The notes beneath the pieces are model-generated. The model searched no databases. It worked only from the letters and a program-made list of their open reading frames with translations, and had not been told where the DNA came from. A stretch of 64,000 nucleotides of DNA from Gammaproteobacteria bacterium (GTDB taxonomy: Bacteria; Pseudomonadota; Gammaproteobacteria; Arenicellales; Poriferihabitantaceae), in assembly GCA_009842505.1 (NCBI GenBank), contig VYFG01000040.1:19380-83379 (forward strand), read 5' to 3'. A program made the translations under genes and the position numbers. Shown in pieces: positions 1 through 9,924 of the stretch (position 1 is the first letter of the stretch; the number at the start of each line of letters is the position of its first letter).

Positions 1-38
1 TCAAATAGTTATACGGCCATCCTCTCCGGGTGCGATCC

Positions 39-1634
39 TCAAGCGCCACCGCGTAAAACACGACCCGGATTCCCATCCGTTCGTGCTCCCGCTTTGATCA
101 CGGACTGCCCGTTGACCAGCACATGCGCTATCCCGGTCGCATAACGGCGTGGCTCCTTGACCGTGAACTTGCTTGTAACCTGTTCCGCGTCGAATACCAC
201 GATGTCGGCGTGCGCTCCATTTTTCAGTGTGCCCCGATCGGAAATCCTGAGACGACTTGCCGGGAGCGATGTGATCTTCCGGATGGCCTCGCTGAGTGAA
301 ATGACGCCTCGGTCCCGGACGTAGGTCCCCAGAAACCGCGCGGCCCACCCATACCCGCTCAATGACCCGATGAGGTGTTCCAGGGGGCCATCGGGGGAGA
401 GCGCCAGCGTGTCCGAAATAACAGCGCATTCATCCTGTTCCAGGCACAGGTGGATGTCATCGTCTGAGAAACTGTGGGATGTCCAGAGCAGGTGATGCAG
501 TCCCTCGCCTTCCTCGCGGAGCAGGTCCAGCACGGCGTCGTAGGGATCGATGCTGCGGCTGCGCCCGATCTCCGCAAGCGTCGCGCCCACCAGATCCGGA
601 TTGGCATCGGAATGCAGGATCCTGATGTCGTCCCAATGACCGGCAGTGACCAGGCGCCAGTGCGGGGTTGGATTGATTTTCATTTTTTCCCGTTCTGCGG
701 TATCCGCAAGACGGTCCAATAAACTCGGCACCCCTCCTTCCTGGGCCCATCGGGGCAGTATTGAGGAAACCCGCGCATGGGCCCAGTCGTGCGGAATAAC
801 GTCAAACGCAACATCAACGTCATGGAGACGTGCAGACTCGATCAACTCCAGGGTGTGCTCCATTGCGTAGCGCGGGGCACCGAATTTCGGCTGAATGTGT
901 GATATCTGGAGTTTCGCTCCGGCTGCCCTGGCCGTTGCAATCGCCTCACTGAATCCAAGATCATAATATACGTCCCGATTGCGCACATGTGTCGCATACA
1001 GACCATCGTGCCGTGCAGCCACCTCGCAGATCGGGGTGAGGTGTTCGATGCTGGAAAGTATCCCTGGCCAATACTCCAGGCCGGTAGACAGCCCGACAGC
1101 GCCTTGTTCGAAAGCCTCTTCCGCGAGTTTCGACATCTGGTCCAGTTCTTCGGTATCGGGTGGGCGAAGGGCATCTCCGAGTACTGCTCGTTGAATCGTG
1201 CCATGACCTACACATGCGGCAACATTCACTCCCAGCGAAGTAGCCTCGAGACGATCCAGATAGTCACCGAAGGTACGCCATCCCAGCTCAATGCAGCCCT
1301 CGATATAGCCGATGGACCCCGCCTCGATACTTCTGTCACACGTCACCGGAGCACAGCTGAAGCCGCATTGTCCCACTGTCTCGGTCGTGACTCCCTGGTG
1401 TACCTGGCTTTCGGCGTGCCCGTCCACGAGCAGCGTGAAGTCCGAATGCGTGTGCAGGTCGATGAATCCCGGTGCGACCGCCAACCCCGCAACACTTAGT
1501 CTCTCCGTAGTCGTTGTATCTGCCAGGTCTCCAATCGCCTGGATTGTTCCATCGGCCACGCCGATGTCGGCCACATAGGGCGGCTGTCCGGTTCCATCGT
1601 AGACTGTCCCACCTTCAAGAACTATATCGAGCAT
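39..1634 (-). CDS. N-acyl-D-amino-acid deacylase (D-aminoacylase) family amidohydrolase
   Basis: 531-aa ORF. The N-terminus MLDIVLEGGTVYDGTG...GVADGTIQAIGDL is followed by the metal-ligand motif DLHTHSD, which is the layout of D-aminoacylase-type amidohydrolases. Divergent from the peptide ABC operon. Confidence 0.8.
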   Translation of the reverse strand: MLDIVLEGGTVYDGTGQPPYVADIGVADGTIQAIGDLADTTTTERLSVAGLAVAPGFIDLHTHSDFTLLVDGHAESQVHQGVTTETVGQCGFSCAPVTCDRSIEAGSIGYIEGCIELGWRTFGDYLDRLEATSLGVNVAACVGHGTIQRAVLGDALRPPDTEELDQMSKLAEEAFEQGAVGLSTGLEYWPGILSSIEHLTPICEVAARHDGLYATHVRNRDVYYDLGFSEAIATARAAGAKLQISHIQPKFGAPRYAMEHTLELIESARLHDVDVAFDVIPHDWAHARVSSILPRWAQEGGVPSLLDRLADTAEREKMKINPTPHWRLVTAGHWDDIRILHSDANPDLVGATLAEIGRSRSIDPYDAVLDLLREEGEGLHHLLWTSHSFSDDDIHLCLEQDECAVISDTLALSPDGPLEHLIGSLSGYGWAARFLGTYVRDRGVISLSEAIRKITSLPASRLRISDRGTLKNGAHADIVVFDAEQVTSKFTVKEPRRYATGIAHVLVNGQSVIKAGARTDGNPGRVLRGGA

Positions 1635-2085
1635 GGCTGTTTCAGTACCGTAAGGTCATATGGATCAGACCTGACAGAAGGCCTGTCAGGAAAAACACGA
1701 ACCGCTGTCGACGAAAATCAATGCCTGCCGTCATTTGGTCGACGCCTGATACACAGGCAATCACCCACCTTAACGCAAGAGTTTCCAAATACCAAGGGAG
1801 AATCGTATGGTGGAACTGACTATCCCGATGGAGTGACTCGAACGATGTGATCCGCATAATTCCGCGAAGAGCCCGATAATGGAGGTCATTGAACCCGCCT
1901 CTTCTCCTTCCCACCCTGCTGACTGTCAGCAAATTCTGCTGAATTCATCAATACAAACGGATTCCGTCATTGGAGAACAAATCTGTCCCCTAAATACGCC
2001 TGAACTGTCACTTTTCTTGGGGTGGGCAATATGAAAATATCATACTCCTGTTACAGCCACTTGTGTCAATCAGGAGGGTACGTTA

Positions 2086-3672
2086 GTGAAAAACTTCATT
2101 CGTATATTATGTGCTGCCGCTGCGATGGCCGCATTTAACCCGGGTTTTGCCGAACCCCAAAGAGGGGGGGATCTGGTACACATTTACAGTCAGTTCCCGC
2201 CACATTTCAATTCCGGCATCAAATCGGGTGCGACGCTCTATGCCGGGGCTTCCAACATTTTCGTGGGCCTGGTGGAAATCAATGAGAATTTTGAGGCGGA
2301 GCCCTATCTCGCAAAAAGCTGGGAAATATCAGATGACGGTTTGTCATACACATTCCACCTGGAAGAAGGTACGGAATTTCACGATGGCACACCGGTAACC
2401 TCGAAGGACGTGGCGTTCTCCTTGTTCGTATCCAAGGAAAACCATCCTTTCGGTCCATCCATGTTCGGTGCGGTCGACCGGATAGATACGCCTGACGATC
2501 ATACTGTTGTAATACGACTCAAGAATCCGCATCCGGCCCTGCTGTACTCCGTGTGCATACCGCTCCTGCCGATTCTTCCGGAACATGTTTACGGCCCCGA
2601 CAACGGTCCGATTCGCGACAACCCTGCCAATATCCAGGCAATCGGGTCAGGACCTTTCAAGATGGTCGAATATGTTCCCGGCAAGAGTTATATCCTGGAA
2701 CGTAACGAGAATTTCATGCGCCCTGGGCAGCCTTATCTCGACCGCTACATCGGCATAAAAAACAGCAGTGCCAGTGGGTCCGTAATCGCCTTGAGCCAGG
2801 GACAAGCACATGGCTGGTCATTCGTTGGAGATCCGCACACGGTCGATCGACTGAGAAAGGAGGAGAACCTCTTTGTCACCTCGCAGGGGTACCAGGGCAT
2901 CGGGGAAACCGCTTTCATTGAATTCAACCTGCGCAAGAAATACACGGGTGATCCCAAAGTCCGCCAGGCGATCGCGTATGCGATTGACGATGACTTCATT
3001 ACCCAGAAAATGCATCTGGGTGTGACCAGTAAGGCCACCGGACCCATCCATTCATCCAGCCCGTTCTATACCGCTGAAGTCAATCAGTACGCAGTTGATC
3101 TGGAAAAGGCGAACCAGCTCCTGGATGAGGCGGGTTATGCGCGCCAGGATAACGGGATGCGTTTTACGCTCAACCTGACATACCAGCCGGGCGTGGATTG
3201 GGAGCAGAAGAATATTGCTGAATACATGAAGCCGCAGCTCAAGAAAATCGGCATAGACATCAACCTGGTTCCGCCGGCTGACTTCCAGGACTGGTATCAG
3301 CAGGTCGCAGCCTGGGATCACGACATGACGGCAAACAACAACTTCAGCTGGAGTGATCCGGTGATCGGTGTCTACCGTATGGTGATGTCAACCAATATCA
3401 AGAATCGGGTCTGGACAAACACCTCTGGATACATAAACATGGAAGTCGACAGGCTCCTGAATGCTGCTGCCGTTGAAACCGATATGCAGAAACGCAGGGA
3501 CCTGTACGTTGAATTCCAGAAGATCCTGGCACAGGACCTGCCCGTCTATTTCACCGTTCAGAGTAATTTTCACAGTGCCTATAACAAGGAGTTGATGAAC
3601 ACTCCAACCGGAATCTACGGAGCGATAGGCGCCATGCACAGTGTTTACTGGAAAAACGGAAAGGCTCCCTGA
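2086..3672 (+). CDS. ABC transporter substrate-binding protein, family 5 (peptide/nickel, DppA/OppA-like)
   Basis: 528-aa ORF with a GTG start 8 nt after AGGAGG. It has an N-terminal signal peptide (MKNFIRILCAAAAMAAFNPGFA) and the size and sequence of family-5 SBPs. Two permease and two ATPase genes lie downstream. Confidence 0.85.
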   Translation: MKNFIRILCAAAAMAAFNPGFAEPQRGGDLVHIYSQFPPHFNSGIKSGATLYAGASNIFVGLVEINENFEAEPYLAKSWEISDDGLSYTFHLEEGTEFHDGTPVTSKDVAFSLFVSKENHPFGPSMFGAVDRIDTPDDHTVVIRLKNPHPALLYSVCIPLLPILPEHVYGPDNGPIRDNPANIQAIGSGPFKMVEYVPGKSYILERNENFMRPGQPYLDRYIGIKNSSASGSVIALSQGQAHGWSFVGDPHTVDRLRKEENLFVTSQGYQGIGETAFIEFNLRKKYTGDPKVRQAIAYAIDDDFITQKMHLGVTSKATGPIHSSSPFYTAEVNQYAVDLEKANQLLDEAGYARQDNGMRFTLNLTYQPGVDWEQKNIAEYMKPQLKKIGIDINLVPPADFQDWYQQVAAWDHDMTANNNFSWSDPVIGVYRMVMSTNIKNRVWTNTSGYINMEVDRLLNAAAVETDMQKRRDLYVEFQKILAQDLPVYFTVQSNFHSAYNKELMNTPTGIYGAIGAMHSVYWKNGKAP

Positions 3673-4618
3673 ATAAATCGGAGTCTCACTGTGCCGGAAA
3701 ATTGCCCGCCACGAAATGACGGGCGCAAACTGGAATCCGGCTCGTTGCCGCAGAACGCTACGACCGGATTCCATTAAGCCGCCTTTGCGTGTGTTGGTCT
3801 TGTACTGAAAGGTGAATCGGTCGTTGTCGGCGGGCCTCGCGGTCCGCCCTTCGGCCTTCACCAGTACCCGTGTTGTGAACGTACTTACCTGAGCCTTTAC
3901 GGATTGAATTCGACAAGCAGTCCCGGTGTCGTCCTTTGACAGGGGTGTGGGATTGGCGCCCGACAATTTTGCTGGTTGATTGGCCACCCGGGTAGGGTCC
4001 AGCCTGACCGGTGTTCACATGATGCAAGCACCCGATGGGCGGATCCACGCGATTGGAAAAGCCAATCGCAGTCGCGGTAACAATGGCCCTGCACTTGTGT
4101 TCGGGCAGGACAGGGTAATGACATGCCGACATTCAATCCAGAAAGTCCGGGCGCCTCTTGAAGCATGCAATCGATGAAAGCCGCAATTCAGTTCCTGGAA
4201 CCAACCGTCTGTACCGGCATTTTTTCTTTGATGACAGATGCGTGTGCGGCCATCGACCAGTCGCCGGCAGACAGTCCGGGCAGACCACGGGGTTCTTCGC
4301 ATCGCACAACAATCGGGCTGTTCTGTCGAGACCGGCGGGACAGTGAAGATCATCGACAACCTGTAAATCCAGCCTCGTAACCGACAGGAATGTTGGGCTG
4401 GTCAACGGGATGCCCCCATCAGGTGCCGATTTTTCAAATTCCGAAGTTGTTATGGTCTAATTGCAATGTACCTTGCGTAGTGGGGGGCAAGCTTCAGTAC
4501 GGATCATTCTGATCGGCAAACTGCAGTTTCGATATCTGTACTTGTCATTTTCCAAAATCAGCAAGCGCCAAGAGATTACTTTCTGTCCGGTCTTTGTCTT
4601 CGAATGAGGTAGCAAATC
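3673..4618. other. 946-bp decayed/non-coding spacer interrupting the ABC operon
   Basis: No ORF here has a recognisable family signature. There are only short, mutually overlapping minus-strand ORFs in three frames (3758-4132, 3897-4166, 4015-4359, 4133-4405), which is the pattern of a frameshift-riddled remnant. Confidence 0.4.
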
Positions 4619-5587
4619 TTGAAAACATTTCTTGTTGGCCTGAATCGGACAATCTACTCCTTGGTGCTGTTACTGGCTGTTATCGTTCTGAATTTTATCC
4701 TGGTCCACATAGCCCCTGGGGATGCGGTGACGGCAATGATCGGGGATATGGGTGGTGCAACCCCGGAATTGGTGGCCAAGCTCCGGGCAGACTATGGGCT
4801 TGATCAGAGCCTCTTCACGCAGCTTCATACCCATATCTGGAAAATGATGCGTGGGGATTTTGGTCTTTCGTTCACCCACCGTGTGCCGGTGCGAGATTTG
4901 ATTCTGGATCATCTTCCGGCCACGATTTTGCTGGTAACAACCGCGTTTTTCCTTGCCCTCATTACCGGCACCATTCTGGGAATTATCGCAGCGCAAAAGC
5001 CAAAAAGCCTTGTCAGCCATGTTGTTACCGTGCTTTCCCTTTCGGGATTCGCAGCACCGATATTCTGGACCGGTTTGATGTTGCTGATCGTCTTCGCCTA
5101 TCTGTTGCCGTTGTTTCCGGCTTCTGGAATGAAGACACCCGGATTCCAGGGTACGGGCCTGGAAGCGATTGTCGATGTTCTCAAACATCTCGTACTCCCG
5201 GCGATAACCCTGGCCAGCGTATACATCGCGGTCTACAGCAGACTGGCCAGGGCCAGCATGCTGGATGTGCTGGGATCCGATTACATCAGAACCGCCCGGT
5301 CGAAAGGTTTGTCCCGGCGGGTCGTCGTTTACAAGCATGCCCTGAAGAACGGAATCTTGCCGGTGGTTACCATGGCTGGACTGCAGTTTTCCCAGCTGAT
5401 TGCCGGGGCAGTTGTGGTGGAAACCGTGTTCAGCTGGCCCGGGATCGGACAACTGGCATTCAACGCAATCCTGCGTCGTGATCATCCGCTGCTTCTGGGG
5501 ATCCTGTTTTTCTCCACGCTGATGGTAGTGGTGGCAAACCTGATCACCGATTCCTCATATCGAATTCTGGACCCCCGAATCAGGTAG
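4619..5587 (+). CDS. ABC transporter permease (DppB/OppB type)
   Basis: 322-aa ORF with a TTG start and GAGG 9 nt upstream. It has a multi-TM profile, the N-terminal ...LNFILVHIAPGD motif, and the C-terminal ...YRILDPRIR tail typical of peptide-type BPD permeases. Confidence 0.85.
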   Translation: MKTFLVGLNRTIYSLVLLLAVIVLNFILVHIAPGDAVTAMIGDMGGATPELVAKLRADYGLDQSLFTQLHTHIWKMMRGDFGLSFTHRVPVRDLILDHLPATILLVTTAFFLALITGTILGIIAAQKPKSLVSHVVTVLSLSGFAAPIFWTGLMLLIVFAYLLPLFPASGMKTPGFQGTGLEAIVDVLKHLVLPAITLASVYIAVYSRLARASMLDVLGSDYIRTARSKGLSRRVVVYKHALKNGILPVVTMAGLQFSQLIAGAVVVETVFSWPGIGQLAFNAILRRDHPLLLGILFFSTLMVVVANLITDSSYRILDPRIR

Positions 5588-5591
5588 GGAT

Positions 5592-6467
5592 ATGAGCAAC
5601 AGGGAAAAAACAGACGCTGCAGTTCGGCCGGATCGCCCCCTGGCGGAACTGTGGCACATGTTCTTTGCCAACAAGGCGGCAGTGCTTGGCTTGGTGTTAT
5701 GGCTCCTCGTCATCACGACGGCGGTTTTCGGGCTGACGATCCATCCCGGCGACCCCTTTGCAATGGTCGGAGCCCCGATGACGCCTCCGGGCGAGGAATT
5801 TCTGCTGGGAACGGACTATCTTGGCCGGGACGTCCTGACCGGCATCATACACGGGGCCTCCGTCACCCTGGCCATCGGTTTTTCCGCGACTGTCTGTACG
5901 GCAATTATTGGGGTCACCATCGGTGTCCTGGCCGGTTACTACGGCCGCTGGGTCGACAACCTGCTGATGCGGGTGACCGAGTTCTTTCAGGTCCTGCCCC
6001 CCATGTTGTTTGTCATGGTGCTGATTTCCCTGTTTACCCCCAGTATCTACCTGATCGTCCTGGCTATCGCTGTCGTAAGCTGGACCGGCATGGCGCGATT
6101 GGCGCGGGCGGAATTCCTGAAGATCAAGGAAATGGAATACGTCAAGGCGGAACGGGCCATGGGAGCCAGAAACGCGAGTATCATGGCCAAAGTAATCCTC
6201 CCCAACGCGCTGCCTCCCCTGATCGTTGCCATTGCGTTGAATGTCGGCACCGCGATCCTGTTCGAGGCGGCCCTGAGTTTTCTCGGATTGGGAGATCCCA
6301 ATGCATTCAGTTGGGGGTACATGATCGGTTCTTCCAGGGAATACATCTGGGATTCCTGGTGGACCATCACTTTCCCGGGATTCGCAATTTTCCTGACCGT
6401 GCTGGGCGTCAGTTTGGTAGGTGACGGCCTGAACGATGCGCTCAATCCCAAGTTGAGGGAACTATGA
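5592..6467 (+). CDS. ABC transporter permease (DppC/OppC type)
   Basis: 291-aa multi-TM ORF ending ...GDGLNDALNPKLRE. Its stop overlaps the next start (ATGA at 6464). Confidence 0.85.
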   Translation: MSNREKTDAAVRPDRPLAELWHMFFANKAAVLGLVLWLLVITTAVFGLTIHPGDPFAMVGAPMTPPGEEFLLGTDYLGRDVLTGIIHGASVTLAIGFSATVCTAIIGVTIGVLAGYYGRWVDNLLMRVTEFFQVLPPMLFVMVLISLFTPSIYLIVLAIAVVSWTGMARLARAEFLKIKEMEYVKAERAMGARNASIMAKVILPNALPPLIVAIALNVGTAILFEAALSFLGLGDPNAFSWGYMIGSSREYIWDSWWTITFPGFAIFLTVLGVSLVGDGLNDALNPKLREL

Positions 6468-7456
6468 AGCAGGAATCACTGCTGCAGGTAAAGGGATTGA
6501 GCGTGGACTTTTCCACCAAAGCCGGAAATGTCCGGGTGCTGAATCAACTGGACCTCCACCTTTTGCCGGGCGAGGCGCTGGGAATTGTCGGTGAAAGTGG
6601 TTGTGGGAAGAGTATGACAGCCCTGTCGATCATGCGCCTGGTACCTGTGCCGCCCGGCAACATCGCCACTGGCCAGATATTGCTGAATGGTACCGATGTG
6701 CTGCAGTTGACGGAAAGCGAGATGGAGGATATTCGGGGTAACGAGATCTCCATGATTTTCCAGGAGCCCATGACATCGCTGAATCCGGTTTTCACGATCG
6801 GCACCCAGGTATCAGAAAATATCCGGCGGCATCAATCGAAAAACTCTGCACAGGCAAAAGAGAAAACCCTGCAGATGCTGGAAGCTGTCGGCATCCCGGC
6901 ACCCAAACAGAGGATCAACCAGTATCCGCATGAGCTGTCCGGTGGCATGCGACAGCGCATCATGATCGCAATGGCGCTTTCCTGCCAGCCCAGCGTGCTG
7001 ATTGCCGATGAACCAACGACTGCCCTGGACGTAACGATCCAGGCGCAGATTTTCGAACTGCTGAGGCAGATCCAGGCAGAAATGGGAACTTCGGTGATAC
7101 TGATTACCCATGATATGAGCGTCATCGCCGAATTTGCCGACCGCGTGGCAGTAATGTATGCAGGCCGAAAGATAGAGGAAGGGCTGGTGAGGGATATCAT
7201 CGACAATCCCCGTCATCCCTACACCCAAGGCCTTATCAACTGCGTGCCGGTTCTCAAGACGGACCCCGGGACCGAACGGGTGGAACTCAATGAGATCCCG
7301 GGTGTTGTGCCTAGTATGGCGCAGCTGGGAACCGGTTGTTCATTTGCTCCTCGCTGCCATAAAGCCATCGACCGATGCTACGAAGAAGTCCCGCCAGAAG
7401 TAACGGTTGGAGAGAACCACTGCGCCAGTTGCTGGCGGGTAGGGGAGATCGCATGA
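6464..7456 (+). CDS. peptide ABC transporter ATP-binding protein (DppD/OppD type)
   Basis: Walker A GESGCGKS, signature LSGGMRQR and Walker B LIADEPTTALD. It has the C-terminal oligopeptide-transporter extension with a Cys cluster (CSFAPRC...C). Confidence 0.9.
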   Translation: MKQESLLQVKGLSVDFSTKAGNVRVLNQLDLHLLPGEALGIVGESGCGKSMTALSIMRLVPVPPGNIATGQILLNGTDVLQLTESEMEDIRGNEISMIFQEPMTSLNPVFTIGTQVSENIRRHQSKNSAQAKEKTLQMLEAVGIPAPKQRINQYPHELSGGMRQRIMIAMALSCQPSVLIADEPTTALDVTIQAQIFELLRQIQAEMGTSVILITHDMSVIAEFADRVAVMYAGRKIEEGLVRDIIDNPRHPYTQGLINCVPVLKTDPGTERVELNEIPGVVPSMAQLGTGCSFAPRCHKAIDRCYEEVPPEVTVGENHCASCWRVGEIA

Positions 7457-8421
7457 ACTCCGAGGTCTCCCTGAAGGTCGACAACCTCCGAACTTACTTC
7501 AAAGTACGCAGACCCCACTTGTTTGCGGAGCAACCGACCGTGTATGCAGTGGATGGCGTGAGCTTTGAAATCGCATCGGGCAGGACGCTCGGCCTGGTTG
7601 GAGAAAGCGGTTGCGGGAAATCGACCACCGCTTTTTCCGTACTTCGCCTGGTTGAGCCGACATCCGGCTCGGTGGTTCTGAAAGGGACCGATATCTGCCG
7701 GCTGAATGAAAACGACCTGCGGAACTATCGCCGCCATATGCAGATCATTTTCCAGGATCCCTATTCTTCAATGAACCCCCGGACAACCGCGGGCGAAATC
7801 ATCAGAACTCCCCTTAAGATTCTCAAGATCGGGACACCGGAAGAACAGCACGAGCGGGTAGAGGAACTGCTCAGCCTGGTGGGACTGCGTCCTGAACAGA
7901 AAAAACTGTATCCACATCAGTTTTCGGGCGGTCAACGGCAACGGATCTGCGTTGCCCGCGCACTGGCTCCAAACCCCGACTTTATCGTCTGCGACGAACC
8001 CGTATCCGCCCTGGACGTGGCGATCCAGTCACAGATACTCAATCTGCTGGCGCGACTGCAGAGGGAGTTTGGCCTGACCTATCTGTTTATTTCCCATGAC
8101 ATGGCAGTTGTGCAGCATATATGCGATGAAATTGCTGTCATGTATCTGGGCAGAATCGTCGAGAAGGCGGATCGTCGATCACTTTTCCTGGATGTAAAGC
8201 ACCCTTATACCAAGGCACTGCTGTCAGCTGTCCCAAGCATGGACAAGGAAGCCAAACGTTCATCCACCGCGCTTAAAGGAGATGTGCCAAGTCCCATGGA
8301 CCCTCCTTCTGGTTGCCATTTTCATACACGATGTCCTTTTGCAGAGAAGCGTTGCAGTATGGAGATTCCCGAATTACGAGAGGTCCATCCCAATCATTGG
8401 GTTGCCTGCCATCTGGTCTGA
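7453..8421 (+). CDS. peptide ABC transporter ATP-binding protein (DppF/OppF type)
   Basis: Walker A GESGCGKS, signature FSGGQRQR and Walker B IVCDEPVSALD. I place the start at ATG 7453 (MNSEVSLKV...), overlapping the upstream stop as ATGA. The 7375 start in the ORF track would overlap the upstream gene by 80 nt. Confidence 0.9.
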   Translation: MNSEVSLKVDNLRTYFKVRRPHLFAEQPTVYAVDGVSFEIASGRTLGLVGESGCGKSTTAFSVLRLVEPTSGSVVLKGTDICRLNENDLRNYRRHMQIIFQDPYSSMNPRTTAGEIIRTPLKILKIGTPEEQHERVEELLSLVGLRPEQKKLYPHQFSGGQRQRICVARALAPNPDFIVCDEPVSALDVAIQSQILNLLARLQREFGLTYLFISHDMAVVQHICDEIAVMYLGRIVEKADRRSLFLDVKHPYTKALLSAVPSMDKEAKRSSTALKGDVPSPMDPPSGCHFHTRCPFAEKRCSMEIPELREVHPNHWVACHLV

Positions 8422-8512
8422 ACCTCGGGACACAGGGCTCGTTGTGTCAGCTTGCGAACTGCCCGGGTAGATATTGGGATATGTGAATTACCGGGATGTA
8501 TGCCTGCCGGTA

Positions 8513-9658
8513 CTAGCGCAAACTGCCCGCAAAGGCCCGCAGGTCATCGATAAAAAGTTCCGGCTCCTCCATCGCCCCGAAATGGCCGCCACGGGGCATC
8601 TCGGTCCATCGATGAACATTGTAGATGCGTTCAACATAACTTCGGGGTGGCCAGGCCAGCACTTCCTTCGGAAACAGGGCACACCCGGTTGGCACTTCCA
8701 CCCTTTTTCCTTCCGGTGACAGGGTACGCCCGCCTTCCTCGCGCCGGCCGTAGTAGATCCACGAAGCCGTGTTGAAGGTTCGGGTAACTACATAGATCAT
8801 GATGTTGGTCAGCAACTCGTCTTTGGTATGTGCGCTTTCGATATCATCGCCATCGATGTCCGACCATGAATTGAATTTTTCGATAATCCACGCGGCGACG
8901 CCGACCGGACTGTCCATCATCGCGTAACTCAAGGTTTGTGGCCGGGTGGCCTGCTGGATTCGGTAACCGTTTTCAATCTCCTGCTCCCGTTCAAATTTTT
9001 CCGCCCAGGCTTCTTCCTCCGGTCCCTGTGGGCCGGCTGGATGTCTCATGGTCAAAATGCTGATATGAATTGCCCTGCAAGCCGAGTGTTCCAGACCCAG
9101 CCAGGATGAGATGGCACCGCCCCAGTCTCCTCCCTGGGCAATGTAACTGTCGTAACCCAGTATCCCGGTCATCAGGGTATTGAAGACATCCGCCATTTTA
9201 CGCGGGCCATAGGGCCGTGGCGGACGGCCGGAGAAGCCAAAACCCGGCAGCGAGGGCGCTACCACGGTAAATGCGTCTTCAATTTTCCCGCCATGGCGTT
9301 CCGGATGCGCAAGTGGATCGATGATCTCCATAAACTCGACGACCGATCCAGGCCAACCGTGACTGATAATCAGCGGGGTCGGTGAAGGGCCGCTGCCGAT
9401 TTCGTGTATAAAGTGAACGTCGATGCCATCTACCTGCGCCATGAACTGGGGAAACCTATTGATCGCAGCCTCCTGTTTCCGCCAGTCAAAGTCGTTGACC
9501 CAGTAGGTCGCGATTTCCTTCATGTAATCCAGATTCGTGCCGTATTTCCAACCTCCGTCGTCTGGCATTTCGTGCCAGGGGTAAGCCGCGACTTTCTCAC
9601 GAATGTTGTCTAGGGTTTCGTTGGGAACGAATACCTTGAATGGCTCGGGGTTGGTCAT
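8513..9658 (-). CDS. epoxide hydrolase (microsomal-type, alpha/beta hydrolase with N-terminal EH domain)
   Basis: 381-aa ORF. The N-terminal FKVFVPNETLDNIREKV...WHEMP..GGW.YG region and the HGWPGS oxyanion motif are characteristic of EHN-domain epoxide hydrolases. Confidence 0.8.
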   Translation of the reverse strand: MTNPEPFKVFVPNETLDNIREKVAAYPWHEMPDDGGWKYGTNLDYMKEIATYWVNDFDWRKQEAAINRFPQFMAQVDGIDVHFIHEIGSGPSPTPLIISHGWPGSVVEFMEIIDPLAHPERHGGKIEDAFTVVAPSLPGFGFSGRPPRPYGPRKMADVFNTLMTGILGYDSYIAQGGDWGGAISSWLGLEHSACRAIHISILTMRHPAGPQGPEEEAWAEKFEREQEIENGYRIQQATRPQTLSYAMMDSPVGVAAWIIEKFNSWSDIDGDDIESAHTKDELLTNIMIYVVTRTFNTASWIYYGRREEGGRTLSPEGKRVEVPTGCALFPKEVLAWPPRSYVERIYNVHRWTEMPRGGHFGAMEEPELFIDDLRAFAGSLR

Positions 9659-9924
9659 GACATGCAGCCGTGAAGCAAAACACTACTCCAATTAACGCAA
9701 AAATCTGACGGCATCGTCGAGAGACAGATTGAAGTTTTTTGGGGGACAGAATCCGCCACTGTCACCGGGTATCCCATCACCACTTTCGGACCGGAACACG
9801 GGTTGCCCGGCAAGAGTCGGGAATACCTGCTACGGTTAAAGCGGTACGCCTGACAACGGGAAGAGTGAAATTGTTCCTGCAACTAGTGATGGAGGTTGCC
9901 GTGCTCGCCATATGATGATTCGTA

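Noticed and set aside
1668-1690. Hairpin CCTGACAG-aaggc-CTGTCAGG as a terminator
   Set aside because: On the plus strand it is followed by an A-run. On the minus strand it is preceded, not followed, by a T-run. So it fits neither orientation of an intrinsic terminator. It may be a 5'-UTR structure of the D-aminoacylase mRNA, but there is no further support.
3758-4405. Calling the operon-interrupting remnant an IS91-family transposase fragment
   Set aside because: The Cys-rich stretch and a ...RLVD.../...RYRRLV...LRL pattern vaguely recall the IS91 N-terminal zinc-binding region. However, the match needs several frame changes, and I cannot verify it without a search. No element ends are recognisable.
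7375-7452. N-terminal extensions suggested by the ORF track (for example 7375 for the second ATPase, 13772, 17201, 20207, 21103, 35940, 38271, 39838, 43947, 45061, 53971, 59002)
   Set aside because: In each case the extension overlaps the upstream gene or an intergenic region and lacks family similarity. An internal ATG/GTG then coincides with the conserved family N-terminus and with stop/start coupling.
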